Assembly: GCA_038203875.1 (NCBI GenBank)
Contig: JBBRDN010000003.1
Span: 1-63,693, forward strand
Direction: 5' to 3'
Source of the DNA: Verrucomicrobiota bacterium
Lineage (GTDB): Bacteria > Verrucomicrobiota > Verrucomicrobiia > Limisphaerales > CANJSG01
DNA: 63,693 bases
Shown: in pieces, positions 48,001 to 60,496 of the stretch
How positions within the stretch are numbered: position 1 is the stretch's first letter
Layout of the letters: each line of letters begins with the position of its first letter
Position numbers and translations under genes: made by a program
The notes under the pieces: model-generated
Database searches by the model: none
What the model was told of the DNA's origin: nothing
Seen by the model: only the letters and a program-made list of their open reading frames with translations

Positions 48001-50355
48001 GGTGGTCCCGGCTGGCAGGAACACGGATTCGGAATTGTTGACCTTGTCCGAAGTTCCACCGGTTTGCGAATACTGGCCGCTGAACACGTTGCCCTTGTAG
48101 GCCTGGCCGTTGACGTAGACGGTCAAATCCAAGTTATTGTTGTAAGCTGCGCCGAAGGTGCTGCCGGGTGCATCGGTCCAGGTCAGCGTGATCCGCACGG
48201 GATCTGCCGAATCGGCGATGCGGCCGGTGTAGACCCGTTTCTGTCCGGTAGCCGTGAACTTGTCGGCCGCAGCCTGATCCCTGAACAGGTAGGATGACGT
48301 GGCGCGGAGATGATTTCCGATGTCCATCAAACCCATCCCCTGATTGTCGGACCAGCGATCATCTCCGGCATAGAGGCCAGTCATGTAGCGGGCGCTGTTG
48401 AGCAGGAGTGCCTTGGTCAAGGCCGGGCTCGGGGCGGTCAAGCCCCGCGAAACGAAATCCTGCCGGATCAACGCGGCCCCACCCGCAACCGCCGGAGTTG
48501 CCTGGCTGGTTCCCGAGCTGGCCGTATAGAGAAGCTGGTCGGGAGGGTAGTAGATGCTGCCAACACCACCGGAGACACCCGTCCCATCATAACAGTCGAT
48601 GGGCGTTCCGTTGGTCTCGGCGCCCGATTTTTGGGATACGCCACCGGTGATGTGTGTTCCGGGTGCCATGATGTCGGGCTTGTGGCGCCCGTCGTCGGTG
48701 GGTCCGCGACCGGAGAAATCGATCACGTCAAAGCCGTTGTCCGCCCCTGAATTGCCGACACCGGATCCGTCGCTTCCATTAAACGGACGAACGTTCTCCG
48801 AAGCACCTACCGTGATGACGTTCTTCGCGGTGCCGGGGCTCGATACCGTTCCGCGGCCTGGGCCGGAGTTGCCAGCGGCAAAGACAATGACCATTTCCTG
48901 GTTCCCACTTGCGCTCGCCTGGGCATCGCGAACCAGCGAGTCATATTGGCGGGCAGTGGCATTATAGGCTCCTCCGAAGAACGGATTCGCCGATCCCCAG
49001 CTGTTGGCCGAGATCCGGGCACCGGCCCCATAAGCCTGATCCTGAAGGGTGGAGAAATTCACGTTCAAGGAAGTCAGATTCGTCCCAAAGATCACCGATG
49101 AACCGACTGATACGAACGGCATGACTCCCAGGCCGTAACGGTATTTCGATCCATCGACAAAAATGCCGTTCGTCTGGTTCGCGAACCCCGCAATGATGTG
49201 GGCATTGATCGTTCCGTGACCGTCGCATCCCTGCGCGAAGTTCGTGAATCCAAACGTATGGATATAGGCGACTCGGCTCGGGCGGTTGGTGTCGCCAAGC
49301 TCGTATAGTCCCGGATGCCCCGGTTTGGTGGTGCCGTTGTCGATTCCCGAGTCCGTGACGTCGATGGTGAACGGATCGCCCTGGTTGAAGAGATTTTGGT
49401 CGAAATTGTTGGCGGTCAACCAAGCGAGGTAATCGGTGTTGGCCCGGGGCACGAGGCGTCCGCCACTGATGCTCGTGTTGCCGGTGACAATCAACGCCTG
49501 CCTTTCATCTTTCGGGGCAGGTTTCATATACGGCTGAATGGAGACGACCTCGGGACGACGGGCGATTTCAGCCAAGGCGGATACGGGGAGACGCACCACG
49601 ATGTCGCGCAGGCCAAGCACGACCTGATCCTGATAAATGGGCTCCAATTTGAACTGGTCGATCAAGGCCCGGGTCGCTTCATTGGCCGAAGCATCGTCGA
49701 CCATCTCGATCGTGAACTGCTCCTCGGTGACCTTGCCCTCCATTCCGAACAATTGGACTTTGTAGTCCGACAAAAACTCTCCGTCCCATTGGACGTAGGG
49801 CGCCGATTTGGAAAAAAGCTGGTAGGTCGAAAGGGAGTTGTTGTCCCCATACACCAAATACGCGTTGTTGGGGATGTAGGCGATGATCGAGGCGCCCGAA
49901 GCCTCGAGTTGAGCGACCCACTCGTTTTTCACCGGACCAACAAAGCTGACCAGCCGGAGCTGTTTGCCTTGGAAGGATCCAACCGCAGACCGCGTTTCCT
50001 GCGCCTTTAGGCTGGCAGTATCGATGTTCAGTTTGTTCAGCCGGATGATGTTATTGTCCGCGAGCACTTCCGCGCTGGGTCCGCGGTTGACGGCCAATGC
50101 CTCGGAGATCTCCACGAGCTGAAATCCCTGATAGTCCTCGACCAGTCTTCCGCCGCCGGCGACGAGTTCCGCAGTGTCCTTCGGGTCGGTCACTCTCAGA
50201 ACGACTTTGCCACGACCGCCGATGCCCTGGATCGGCGAGACAGCCATCGTGGATGTCACGAGTCCAACCGCGGCTCCGAAGGCCAGAAGGGACAACATGG
50301 ATGCCTTCCGCAGGCGAGGGAACAGGGGCTTCGGGGCGGGGTCGTTTCTGATCAT
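45088..50355 (-). CDS. Giant secreted S8 (subtilisin-like) serine peptidase with three proprotein-convertase P-domains, DUF11/CARDB-like repeats and a C-terminal FFRL module
   Basis: Catalytic triad contexts VTDSGIDNGT (Asp), CDGHGTINAH (His) and SSGTSQATPAVAGGAAL (Ser), with oxyanion AAGNSG. Three modules resemble IPDIGPGSLYPSTINITGVTG..VSGISHSYARDIDMLLVSPNG..GVWSLYVADD..GWSLEL. The start is ATG 50355 or ATG 50298 (MLSLLAFGAAV). Confidence 0.9.
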   Translation of the reverse strand: MIRNDPAPKPLFPRLRKASMLSLLAFGAAVGLVTSTMAVSPIQGIGGRGKVVLRVTDPKDTAELVAGGGRLVEDYQGFQLVEISEALAVNRGPSAEVLADNNIIRLNKLNIDTASLKAQETRSAVGSFQGKQLRLVSFVGPVKNEWVAQLEASGASIIAYIPNNAYLVYGDNNSLSTYQLFSKSAPYVQWDGEFLSDYKVQLFGMEGKVTEEQFTIEMVDDASANEATRALIDQFKLEPIYQDQVVLGLRDIVVRLPVSALAEIARRPEVVSIQPYMKPAPKDERQALIVTGNTSISGGRLVPRANTDYLAWLTANNFDQNLFNQGDPFTIDVTDSGIDNGTTKPGHPGLYELGDTNRPSRVAYIHTFGFTNFAQGCDGHGTINAHIIAGFANQTNGIFVDGSKYRYGLGVMPFVSVGSSVIFGTNLTSLNVNFSTLQDQAYGAGARISANSWGSANPFFGGAYNATARQYDSLVRDAQASASGNQEMVIVFAAGNSGPGRGTVSSPGTAKNVITVGASENVRPFNGSDGSGVGNSGADNGFDVIDFSGRGPTDDGRHKPDIMAPGTHITGGVSQKSGAETNGTPIDCYDGTGVSGGVGSIYYPPDQLLYTASSGTSQATPAVAGGAALIRQDFVSRGLTAPSPALTKALLLNSARYMTGLYAGDDRWSDNQGMGLMDIGNHLRATSSYLFRDQAAADKFTATGQKRVYTGRIADSADPVRITLTWTDAPGSTFGAAYNNNLDLTVYVNGQAYKGNVFSGQYSQTGGTSDKVNNSESVFLPAGTTGEIAIEILAANVNSDGVPGNSDPRDQDFALVASNFSEEPVAVYASDSAKFVAETLGTTNGYVDPGETVTFDFAIRNVGLASAPVVTAQMVSNAAVAPITGPVNYLAVIQQGAAVTNRFTFKLAASVPCGTNLPVNLSLSSGGSPAGTVTFFVKVGYRATATTVANNSQAIIIPDLSLATPFPSTNLISGMIGNAARALVTIRGFSHPSPSDATLVLVNPNGVGLVLMDTSGSSNAANLNITFDDAAANSAAFSGLFSGSFRPVGGSPGGTLSTNIPVFNYVNTLAQIAQGAGNGTWSLYAYDGVASGSGRIASGWNLRLEQSVDFCNAILSDLIVTKSASPDRVLPGDLITYSISVSNFGPSIATGVVLTETLSPALTLVKVAQGQGTSTVSNNVVRFNIGTMAIGQTVALSVVGRATLPVDITSTSSAVSANQDPSPADNVVSATTARGKFLSNTNLIVIPDIGPGSLYPSTINITGVTGIVKQVRVTVSGISHSYARDIDMLLVSPNGQKVMLMSDAGPASAIAGLDVTFTDDAFSGIPVVPFLSGEYKPTDFDQTTDEMPSPAPAGPYSSSLGAFSGSNPNGVWSLYVADDTRQESGAISNGWSLELVLGNNLTNDLAVTQTFPNSLFRGVASTVSLAIANLGASDASGVFVTNVIPANVGLVSVTPSQGSYTVIGDTVVVALGPLAQNGSATVQLVIVPTVLGSVTNLALVSTDDNDPVIANNASSATGTVGLAPGVTENPAALDIPSIGPASLYPSTVTVSGLTGRVGKITVTLNGLSHTFPSDLDVLLVGPRGQKVVLMSRVGAGNPIGNATFTFDDAAANFISQGFLQSGVYKPRNLSSPSESLPSPAPAGPYAEVLAAFVGTDPNGVWSLYVADHGEGDSGSLGSGWSMVIEIAPQLKIRRSGPNVLVSWPSSSSNFVLQGTSALSTNSPFTNLVVNPAVVGSENVVTNSATNGTRFFRLSR

Positions 50356-50677
50356 AACGAAATTCGAATGCAGGCTCTAATGACGCTTGGAAAATGGACT
50401 TGGCTGACCGCAGGGGTGGGATGGACTGGATTCGCACGGGACTCCAAGTCCCGAAAGGGCTTCATCCGTCGTTGGCAGGCGGCGAGTTTCCACAAACAAC
50501 AGTTTCCCACAGGCGCACCAATAGCGATCTGGGTGGAATAGTGCGTGGGTTCTATCGGAAAGCCTTTTCCGTTGGCAAGGGAATACACCCATCAGCGCCA
50601 ATCCGCCGCCCGGCTTTACCTTTGACGCTCCACCGCTTCAACCGTAGCGTCCCTCCCCGCTCGTAAAACGGACATAC

Positions 50678-53734
<3,057 letters not shown>

Positions 53735-53747
53735 TCCGCGACCAGTA

Positions 53748-53769
53748 GGCCGGGCGTCCCCGCCCGGCC
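53748..53769 (+). terminator. GC-rich hairpin after secA, a near-identical copy of the rlmI terminator stem but without a U-tract
   Basis: GGCCGGGCG-TCCC-CGCCCGGCC starts 13 nt after the secA stop. It differs from the element at 40289-40310 by one loop base. What follows is GGAATGG, not a T-run. Confidence 0.45.
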
Positions 53770-53805
53770 GGAATGGCTGCACACGGAGCGCAACCGAATA
53801 ACGTG

Positions 53806-54294
53806 TTACGCGTTGCTACGCGCAGCTTTTAATGAGAACGGTTTCGACAGCTTTTTGAGGTAGAGCGGATGTCCTGGATAGCCGTGTTTCGTCAGCTTCA
53901 GGCACGACAGTTTCTCGCCGAGCAGCCGCTCCACATCTCTATCCCGCGCCAGATGCGCGCCATCCACGCCCCACGCAGCTACTACCACGCCGGCATCCTT
54001 CGCGAGTTCCAGCAGCCATCGGTCATTATCCGCTCCGATTGGCTGCGCGTGCGCCTTCATCACTTCCGGCTTCGTCGCGCGATATGCGAACAAGTTTGCC
54101 ATACACAGAGCGCCATATCCCCATCGTTTCGCGTAGTCCACGCATCGGCGAATCGTTGGGTCATCTTCCACTTCGTCCGCGGTGGACGGATTCAGCCCGA
54201 CGAACAACACATAGGTCGGATTCGTCATTTCCCAATCGCGCCACAGAGCATAGCGGTAGGTTCGGCACTGCGAGAGAATTGTCTGCCGGCGCAT
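53806..54294 (-). CDS. DUF1643 domain protein
   Basis: ATG at 54294 (MRRQTILSQCRTYRYALWRDW..). Family-typical blocks FVGLNPSTADEVEDDPTIRRC and GALCMANLFAYRAT. Spot GC about 48-57% at the 3' end. Confidence 0.8.
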   Translation of the reverse strand: MRRQTILSQCRTYRYALWRDWEMTNPTYVLFVGLNPSTADEVEDDPTIRRCVDYAKRWGYGALCMANLFAYRATKPEVMKAHAQPIGADNDRWLLELAKDAGVVVAAWGVDGAHLARDRDVERLLGEKLSCLKLTKHGYPGHPLYLKKLSKPFSLKAARSNA

Positions 54295-54535
54295 ATTGGT
54301 ATCCGTCGTCTTTTCTGCACTCAACCGCAACACCTAACCATGCGCCGCAGCGCCTATGAGGGTAGTCAAGAGGGTGATGGGATTTCCGACAGGTTTTCTT
54401 CGGGAGAGGTGATCGTCGCGCGGAGCGTAACGCCAGTGCATCGGAGTCGCGCCCGGCAGCGGTTTGGTTCCGCTGAAGACGGGGTCGACCGGTCTTTCCT
54501 AGTTCCGCTCAGGCGGTCTCCTTAAAAGCGGTGTT

Positions 54536-54551
54536 CCCTCCCGCCCCTCCC
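54536..54551 (-). other. Canonical G-quadruplex motif (GGGAGGGGCGGGAGGG) on the minus strand
   Basis: The plus strand reads CCCTCCCGCCCCTCCC. That gives four G-tracts of 3 or more with 1-nt loops. Located in the 316-nt spacer between DUF2851 and DUF1643. Confidence 0.5.
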
Positions 54552-54649
54552 TTGTGGCGGGGCTGTGGTTTTCCTGGTCGGTTTCCGAGAGGCCCCTTCG
54601 ACCAGGTGTCGCCGCTTCCAACGTGTCGGGAGTTCGTCCCACACCTGCT

Positions 54650-56086
54650 TCACTGGACGGAGATTCCCTTCACCAGCTCGGGAAAACGGCAGCCGTCGCA
54701 GAGGGCGTTGGTCCGCGCGCAGAAATCGCGGAGGATCTGCAACAGGCCCTGCTGACTGGCAGCAGTGGATTCGAGACCGCGCGCGCCGCCACCGAGAAGC
54801 CGGATACGCGCCTGCTTGAGCAGCGTATTGTCCTCGCCGGCCGGCCAGGCGAGCCCGAGTTCCTTCGCGCGAAGGGCGAGAGGTTCATTGCGGCCGGCCC
54901 GCGCCCGTGCGGAGAACCACGGGAGAATGACGTTCACCGCAAGGTCCGTCACACGCGAGGCGCCGAGCAGCGGTTGGGGTTTCGCTAGACGCGTGGAGTC
55001 GAGAGTCCAGTGCCAGCTCCAGTGTTCGTCGGGTTTCGGCTGGAGCTTCCCCAACAACGCCGTCGCCGATCCGTCGTCGATGAACCACGTCTCCATCCGT
55101 GCGATGAAGTCCGCCTCCGCCAGCCAGCGTGCGGCGAGAGCGAGACGGCGTTGGGGAAAGTTGGCCGGGCGCAATCCGTGCCGTCGCCAGATGGAGGCGG
55201 GAAAGACGACTTCGTCCCAGCGTTCGCGTTCGCGCCACCAGAGATTCCAGAGCTCCTGCAGATGACGCGGAAGCGTTCCGCCCGCGCGCGCCCTTGATTC
55301 GTGCGGCAGCAGGTTGGCGATGCCCAGGAGGCGCGCCTCCAGCATCAGTGCGGTGTCGGTTTTCTGCCGGCCATGCCCGCCGGTCACCACTGCGGCCAAC
55401 CGTTCCATTGGCCAAGTGTTGTGCTTGTAGCCGAGGGCGCGGAAGAGGCCTTCCCAGAGCGCCCCGTCCCAGCCGATGTCACGCGCGCGTCGGGCGAGAT
55501 CATCCGCCTTGCGGTGGAAACGGACCAACGCCGCCTGCCGGATGAGGGCGTTGCGCGAGTCGACTGCCAGCTCCTTCAACGGCGCGCAGCAGCGGCCGAG
55601 GAACTCTTCCTGCCACGGCTGGCCTTCGGCCTGAAGCCACGGGAGAAGTTCATCCCAAGGCGCGTCGAGATGCGGCTCCATGGCCAGCGTCGCCCGCCCG
55701 GACGTCGCGGCGCCACGGGACCAGATCACATGCAGGACGACGTTGCCAAAGGCCGGATTCGTATCGTGGTGATGGGCTTTCCAGCCGGACGGTTGCAGAT
55801 CGATCTCGATGGCGCCGGTCAACGGCTGCGCGCCTTCCACGTGGATGACGGCATCGCGGAAATCGGGCCCGCCTTCGCAGCTGTGGAAGCCCGGATGCAG
55901 GATGCGGACGCGCCGGCCGTCGACCAGTTTGAGGGCATCGCGGCGGAGCCGTTGATGGTGCCAGACCAGCTGGAGCCACTTCTCCGGCGGCGGCGAAACG
56001 CGGTCGCCGTCGTGAAGCGCAACGGCGGCATGACTCGCGCGCCACTGCGCGTAAAGGCCGGCGGGGATGGGGCTCGGTGTGGACAC
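54650..56086 (-). CDS. DUF2851 family protein
   Basis: Block WLQLVWHHQRL..VRILHPGFHSCEGGPDFRDAVIHVEG..GAIEIDLQPSGWKAHHHDTNPAFGNVVLHVIW matches my memory of DUF2851. C-terminal CDGC. The start is uncertain. GTG at 56086 was chosen, because the ORF-track GTG at 56209 would overlap the htrA-like start. Confidence 0.75.
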   Translation of the reverse strand: MSTPSPIPAGLYAQWRASHAAVALHDGDRVSPPPEKWLQLVWHHQRLRRDALKLVDGRRVRILHPGFHSCEGGPDFRDAVIHVEGAQPLTGAIEIDLQPSGWKAHHHDTNPAFGNVVLHVIWSRGAATSGRATLAMEPHLDAPWDELLPWLQAEGQPWQEEFLGRCCAPLKELAVDSRNALIRQAALVRFHRKADDLARRARDIGWDGALWEGLFRALGYKHNTWPMERLAAVVTGGHGRQKTDTALMLEARLLGIANLLPHESRARAGGTLPRHLQELWNLWWRERERWDEVVFPASIWRRHGLRPANFPQRRLALAARWLAEADFIARMETWFIDDGSATALLGKLQPKPDEHWSWHWTLDSTRLAKPQPLLGASRVTDLAVNVILPWFSARARAGRNEPLALRAKELGLAWPAGEDNTLLKQARIRLLGGGARGLESTAASQQGLLQILRDFCARTNALCDGCRFPELVKGISVQ

Positions 56087-56184
56087 GCGGTTTGCTTTTC
56101 CGGTGAGCGGCTGGAAAGTCAAGCGGCGGGCGGTTTGAACGCCCGCCAAAGCCGGGTGTCCGGATTCCTGAAGAACCGACAAGA

Positions 56185-57549
<1,365 letters not shown>

Positions 57550-57583
57550 GGCGTCGGTTGAGAATGGTATCGGACCGACCTTA

Positions 57584-58027
57584 CTAAGGAATTTTTTTGC
57601 GCCCCGGCGGCTGGGTTCGTAGCGGTGCCACGCCCTGAACCCGCCAGCCGCCTTTCTCCAACCCGAGACGGTATTGGTAGAGAACCACCCGGCCGGTTGC
57701 GTTGGAAATGGCCACGTTGACGGCGGCGCTGTCGTCGTCGTGCATGATGTCGCCCAGGACAAAGCCCTTGTTCTCGGCGACCACGGGGTAGTCCCGCTGG
57801 ATCATGGCCTCGAAGCGCTTCAAGTCGCTGCCACGCCTGAGTCCGGGCGCGGCGTAGGTGTAGGCGCGTTCGTAGTCGCCGCTGCGGATGGCTTCCAACT
57901 GGTCCTTCACGGTCGACGTGATGGCGGCGGCCACGCTGTCCGCCCGGGTGTTGATGTAGACCACGTAGAGGGCCACGCCGAGGCACGCGACGAGCACCGA
58001 GCCCACGATCTTGAAGAGGGCTTTCAT
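57584..58027 (-). CDS. DUF4864-like membrane-anchored protein
   Basis: ATG at 58027 (MKALFKIVGSVLVACLGVALYVVYI, TM anchor). QLEAIRSGDYERAYTYAAPGLRR..FEAMI and the ending ..GGWRVQGV match my memory of the DUF4864 pattern. Confidence 0.6.
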   Translation of the reverse strand: MKALFKIVGSVLVACLGVALYVVYINTRADSVAAAITSTVKDQLEAIRSGDYERAYTYAAPGLRRGSDLKRFEAMIQRDYPVVAENKGFVLGDIMHDDDSAAVNVAISNATGRVVLYQYRLGLEKGGWRVQGVAPLRTQPPGRKKIP

Positions 58028-58179
58028 GGATCTGAGCGTGGCCCCGGCCACAGGGAACGCAATCGCCCAGCGAAGCGGCGGACGGCAATCCGCGCCTGAC
58101 GCCGTCCATTCGCATCCAATGTAGGGCGTCGGCTTCATTCGTAGTTCCCTTCTTTTTGGTTACGGATTAGACCGTCGCC

Positions 58180-58815
58180 ATGCCGAACGACGCCGATGCG
58201 CCGATGATCGCCCGTTGCCTGCGGGGCGAGGCGGCCGCGTGGGATGAACTCTTCCGCAGGCACTACGATCCGACGGCCCGTTTCGTCTTCCAGTTCTCCG
58301 GCGACTTCACCCGCGAGGACGCGGCCGAGATCACCCAGGAAGCCTTTCTGTCGGTCGTGCAGAACCTCGCGGCCTTCAAGGGCACGAGCCAGCTTCAGAC
58401 TTGGATCTTCCGCATCGCTGGGAACAAGGCGCGCGACGTGATCGAGATGCGCCACGCGGCCAAGCGCGGATCAGGCCAGACCATCTTCTCGCTCCAGGCC
58501 GAGGATCCACAGACCGGCCTGACGCCCGACGCCGTCTCGCCGTTGCCGTCGCCGGCCGAACTGCTGCAACGGGCGGAAACGGCGGAAACGCTCACCGAGG
58601 CGATGGGCCACATCTCGGCGCTGTGCCGGGAAGTGATCGAACTCCGCTACTTTGGCGACCTCAGCTACGACGAGATTTCTATGGAGCTCGAACTGAACGC
58701 CAAGACCGTCAGTTCCCGCCTGAGCAAATGCCTCGACCGCCTCGAGGACATCGTCCAGCAGCTTCTTTCCAGGAAGGGATTCCCGGTCCAATCCGTCCAA
58801 CCCTCATCGAGCTGA
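58180..58815 (+). CDS. ECF-type RNA polymerase sigma-70 family factor
   Basis: Region 2 (WDELFRRHYDPTARFVFQF..EDAAEITQEAFLSV) and region 4 (REVIELRYFGDLSYDEISMELELNAKTVSSRLSKCLDRL). Confidence 0.9.
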   Translation: MPNDADAPMIARCLRGEAAAWDELFRRHYDPTARFVFQFSGDFTREDAAEITQEAFLSVVQNLAAFKGTSQLQTWIFRIAGNKARDVIEMRHAAKRGSGQTIFSLQAEDPQTGLTPDAVSPLPSPAELLQRAETAETLTEAMGHISALCREVIELRYFGDLSYDEISMELELNAKTVSSRLSKCLDRLEDIVQQLLSRKGFPVQSVQPSSS

Positions 58816-58816
58816 G

Positions 58817-60130
58817 ATGTCCGACGAACCCAAAAAACTGATCGAAACCCATCTGGAAGCCCTCGCCGCACATAGGCGACAGTCGGCCGGCGGCGTTTTC
58901 GAGATGGACGAAGCCACCAGGCGAACCCTGCTCGACGTGGTCCAGAGCGTGCATGGATTGATCGAGACACCGTCTTCGGCCGACGCCGAAGCCTTCGTCC
59001 CTTTCATCCCGATGGCCATCGAGCCTGCGCCAGAACCCTTGGCGGCGACGGGGGGCCACGAAGCCGAGGCCCTGCGCCTCGCGCTCCAGGCCGAGGTGCA
59101 ACGGGTGGACGAACCGGTCAAGACCGCCGCACCTGAAGAGGCCGAGGGACCTTCCGCGTGGCGGATGCTCTGGATGCGATTGGCGTTCTCGTTCGGAACC
59201 GTCGCGGTGATCGGCCTCGCGGCGTTCATCATCCGCCTGCAAATCCCTCCGGAACGCGACGGGCAGTCGTTCGCGAAGCTGTCGCAAGCCGCCTCGGACA
59301 GGACCGTCGCCCTGAAACCAGACGCCGAAGTCACACGGTCCAACCTGCTGGCCGATTCATCGATGGCCACGGACTCCGCGCTGCGCCTTGAAGAGGCCCG
59401 GCCACTCTCACGAGCCCTGGCCGTGAACGACGCGCCCCGCCCGATGCCGGCAATGGCTCCGGCGCGGCGTTCGTTGTCGGCTCCTGAATCTGCGCCTGCG
59501 GCGGCTGAAAAGATGCTCACGTCGGCGGACCGCACTGGAAAGGCGAAGGATATTGTGGCCGCTCCAGCGTCGGCACCGGTTTTGCCTCTCGCTTCTGCGG
59601 CACCAAGCCCTGAACCCGCAACGAAGAAAATCGTCCCGGCCGAAAGCAAACTGACCGAAGTCCGGCAGATGGCGGAGCCCGCGAAAGCCGAACGGCCCAA
59701 CACCCCGCCCAAGCCCGTCGGAGCGGCTTCCGCGCCGGTCCCACGTGCCGCTACCGCAGGCACCGTCGGTGGCGCGGCTGCGCCCACGGAACTCTCGGAA
59801 GGGGCGTTCACCCAGCGCGCGGTGGCGGCCGGGATGCGCCGGAACTTCCAATCGCCGCCCAGGCCGGACGTGCTGACGACATTCCGGCTTGTGCCTCTGG
59901 GCGACACGGTCCGGTTGATCGACCAGGACGGTTCCGTCTACCTCGGCAAACGGACTTCCAGCGGTTCGCCTCTTCGCTTTTCCGCGGCCGGCAACAACGT
60001 GACTCTCGGTCAGCCTGTCACGGTCGAAGCAACGCTAGTTCCTGGAGCTGACGGTTCGGCCGCCGTCCTCCGCGGCCAAGTCAACGTGGGCGCACGGCGG
60101 TCCTGGCAATTCGAGGCCGAAGCCCGTTGA
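58817..60130 (+). CDS. Putative cognate anti-sigma factor (single-pass membrane protein with a Pro/Ala-rich extracytoplasmic region)
   Basis: The ATG is 1 nt after the sigma factor's stop codon. Cytoplasmic N-terminal ~120 aa, one TM helix (LAFSFGTVAVIGLAAFIIRL), a long low-complexity region and a small C-terminal domain. The role is inferred from position only. Confidence 0.55.
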   Translation: MSDEPKKLIETHLEALAAHRRQSAGGVFEMDEATRRTLLDVVQSVHGLIETPSSADAEAFVPFIPMAIEPAPEPLAATGGHEAEALRLALQAEVQRVDEPVKTAAPEEAEGPSAWRMLWMRLAFSFGTVAVIGLAAFIIRLQIPPERDGQSFAKLSQAASDRTVALKPDAEVTRSNLLADSSMATDSALRLEEARPLSRALAVNDAPRPMPAMAPARRSLSAPESAPAAAEKMLTSADRTGKAKDIVAAPASAPVLPLASAAPSPEPATKKIVPAESKLTEVRQMAEPAKAERPNTPPKPVGAASAPVPRAATAGTVGGAAAPTELSEGAFTQRAVAAGMRRNFQSPPRPDVLTTFRLVPLGDTVRLIDQDGSVYLGKRTSSGSPLRFSAAGNNVTLGQPVTVEATLVPGADGSAAVLRGQVNVGARRSWQFEAEAR

Positions 60131-60193
60131 GTCGCGCCACGCAAAGTTCGGCAGAGGTTGCCTCCTTGCCCGGTCGCTTCTAGCGTTACCGCG

Positions 60194-60496
60194 ATGCCGG
60201 ATATAATGGATCCAGCCGTTCTGCCGGATGCAGCCACCAAGACCAAGCCGTCGGAAAAACCCGATCCGGGCTGGTTCGTCATTGTCTGGAACGATCCCGT
60301 GAACCTCATGGACTACGTGACCCACGTCTTCATGAAGGTCTTCAGTTGGAACAAGGCCACGGCGGAAAAGCACATGCTCGAGGTCCATCAGAAGGGAAAG
60401 AGCGTGGTCGCCCAGGCGACGTTCGAGAAGGCCGAGCACTACGTCCACCAACTACAGGGCTACCACCTGCACGCGACCTTGGAGAAGGCGTCATGA
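60194..60496 (+). CDS. clpS: ATP-dependent Clp protease adaptor ClpS
   Basis: Core WFVIVWNDPVNLMDYVTHVFMKVFSWNKATAEKHMLEVHQKGKSVV. The first ATG at 60194 was chosen, since the ORF-track start at 60158 is a TTG. Confidence 0.9.
   Translation: MPDIMDPAVLPDAATKTKPSEKPDPGWFVIVWNDPVNLMDYVTHVFMKVFSWNKATAEKHMLEVHQKGKSVVAQATFEKAEHYVHQLQGYHLHATLEKAS

Noticed and set aside
50437-50453. A perfect 5-bp stem with a 7-nt loop, CGGGA-CUCCAAG-UCCCG, resembling a tRNA anticodon arm. It reads CCA (Trp) on the plus strand and UGG (Pro) on the minus strand. It lies in the secA / S8-peptidase divergent spacer.
   Set aside because: The flanking sequence cannot form acceptor, D or T arms. There is no GTTCGAATC-type T-loop with a complementary stem. 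It is therefore not a tRNA or tRNA remnant that I can support, and is probably just 5'-UTR structure.
54334-54441. A 35-codon ATG ORF (MHWRYAPRDDHLSRRK...) in the same frame as, and ending immediately before, the DUF1643 ORF.
   Set aside because: It has no Shine-Dalgarno sequence and an Arg-rich composition. It is simply the in-frame region upstream of the stop that bounds the DUF1643 ORF. There is no evidence for readthrough.
54334-54649. Possible RNase P RNA (AGGAAAGACCGG resembles the P4 strand AGGAAAGUCCGG), tmRNA (GGGGUCGACC resembles a tmRNA 5' end) or SRP RNA.
   Set aside because: The region is too short for RNase P, and the 3' P4 strand (ACAGAACCCGGCUUA-like) is absent. There is no tmRNA T-arm/CCA end or tag reading frame, and no SRP GGAAGCAGCC domain-IV motif. 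It is kept only as an unclassified structured spacer.
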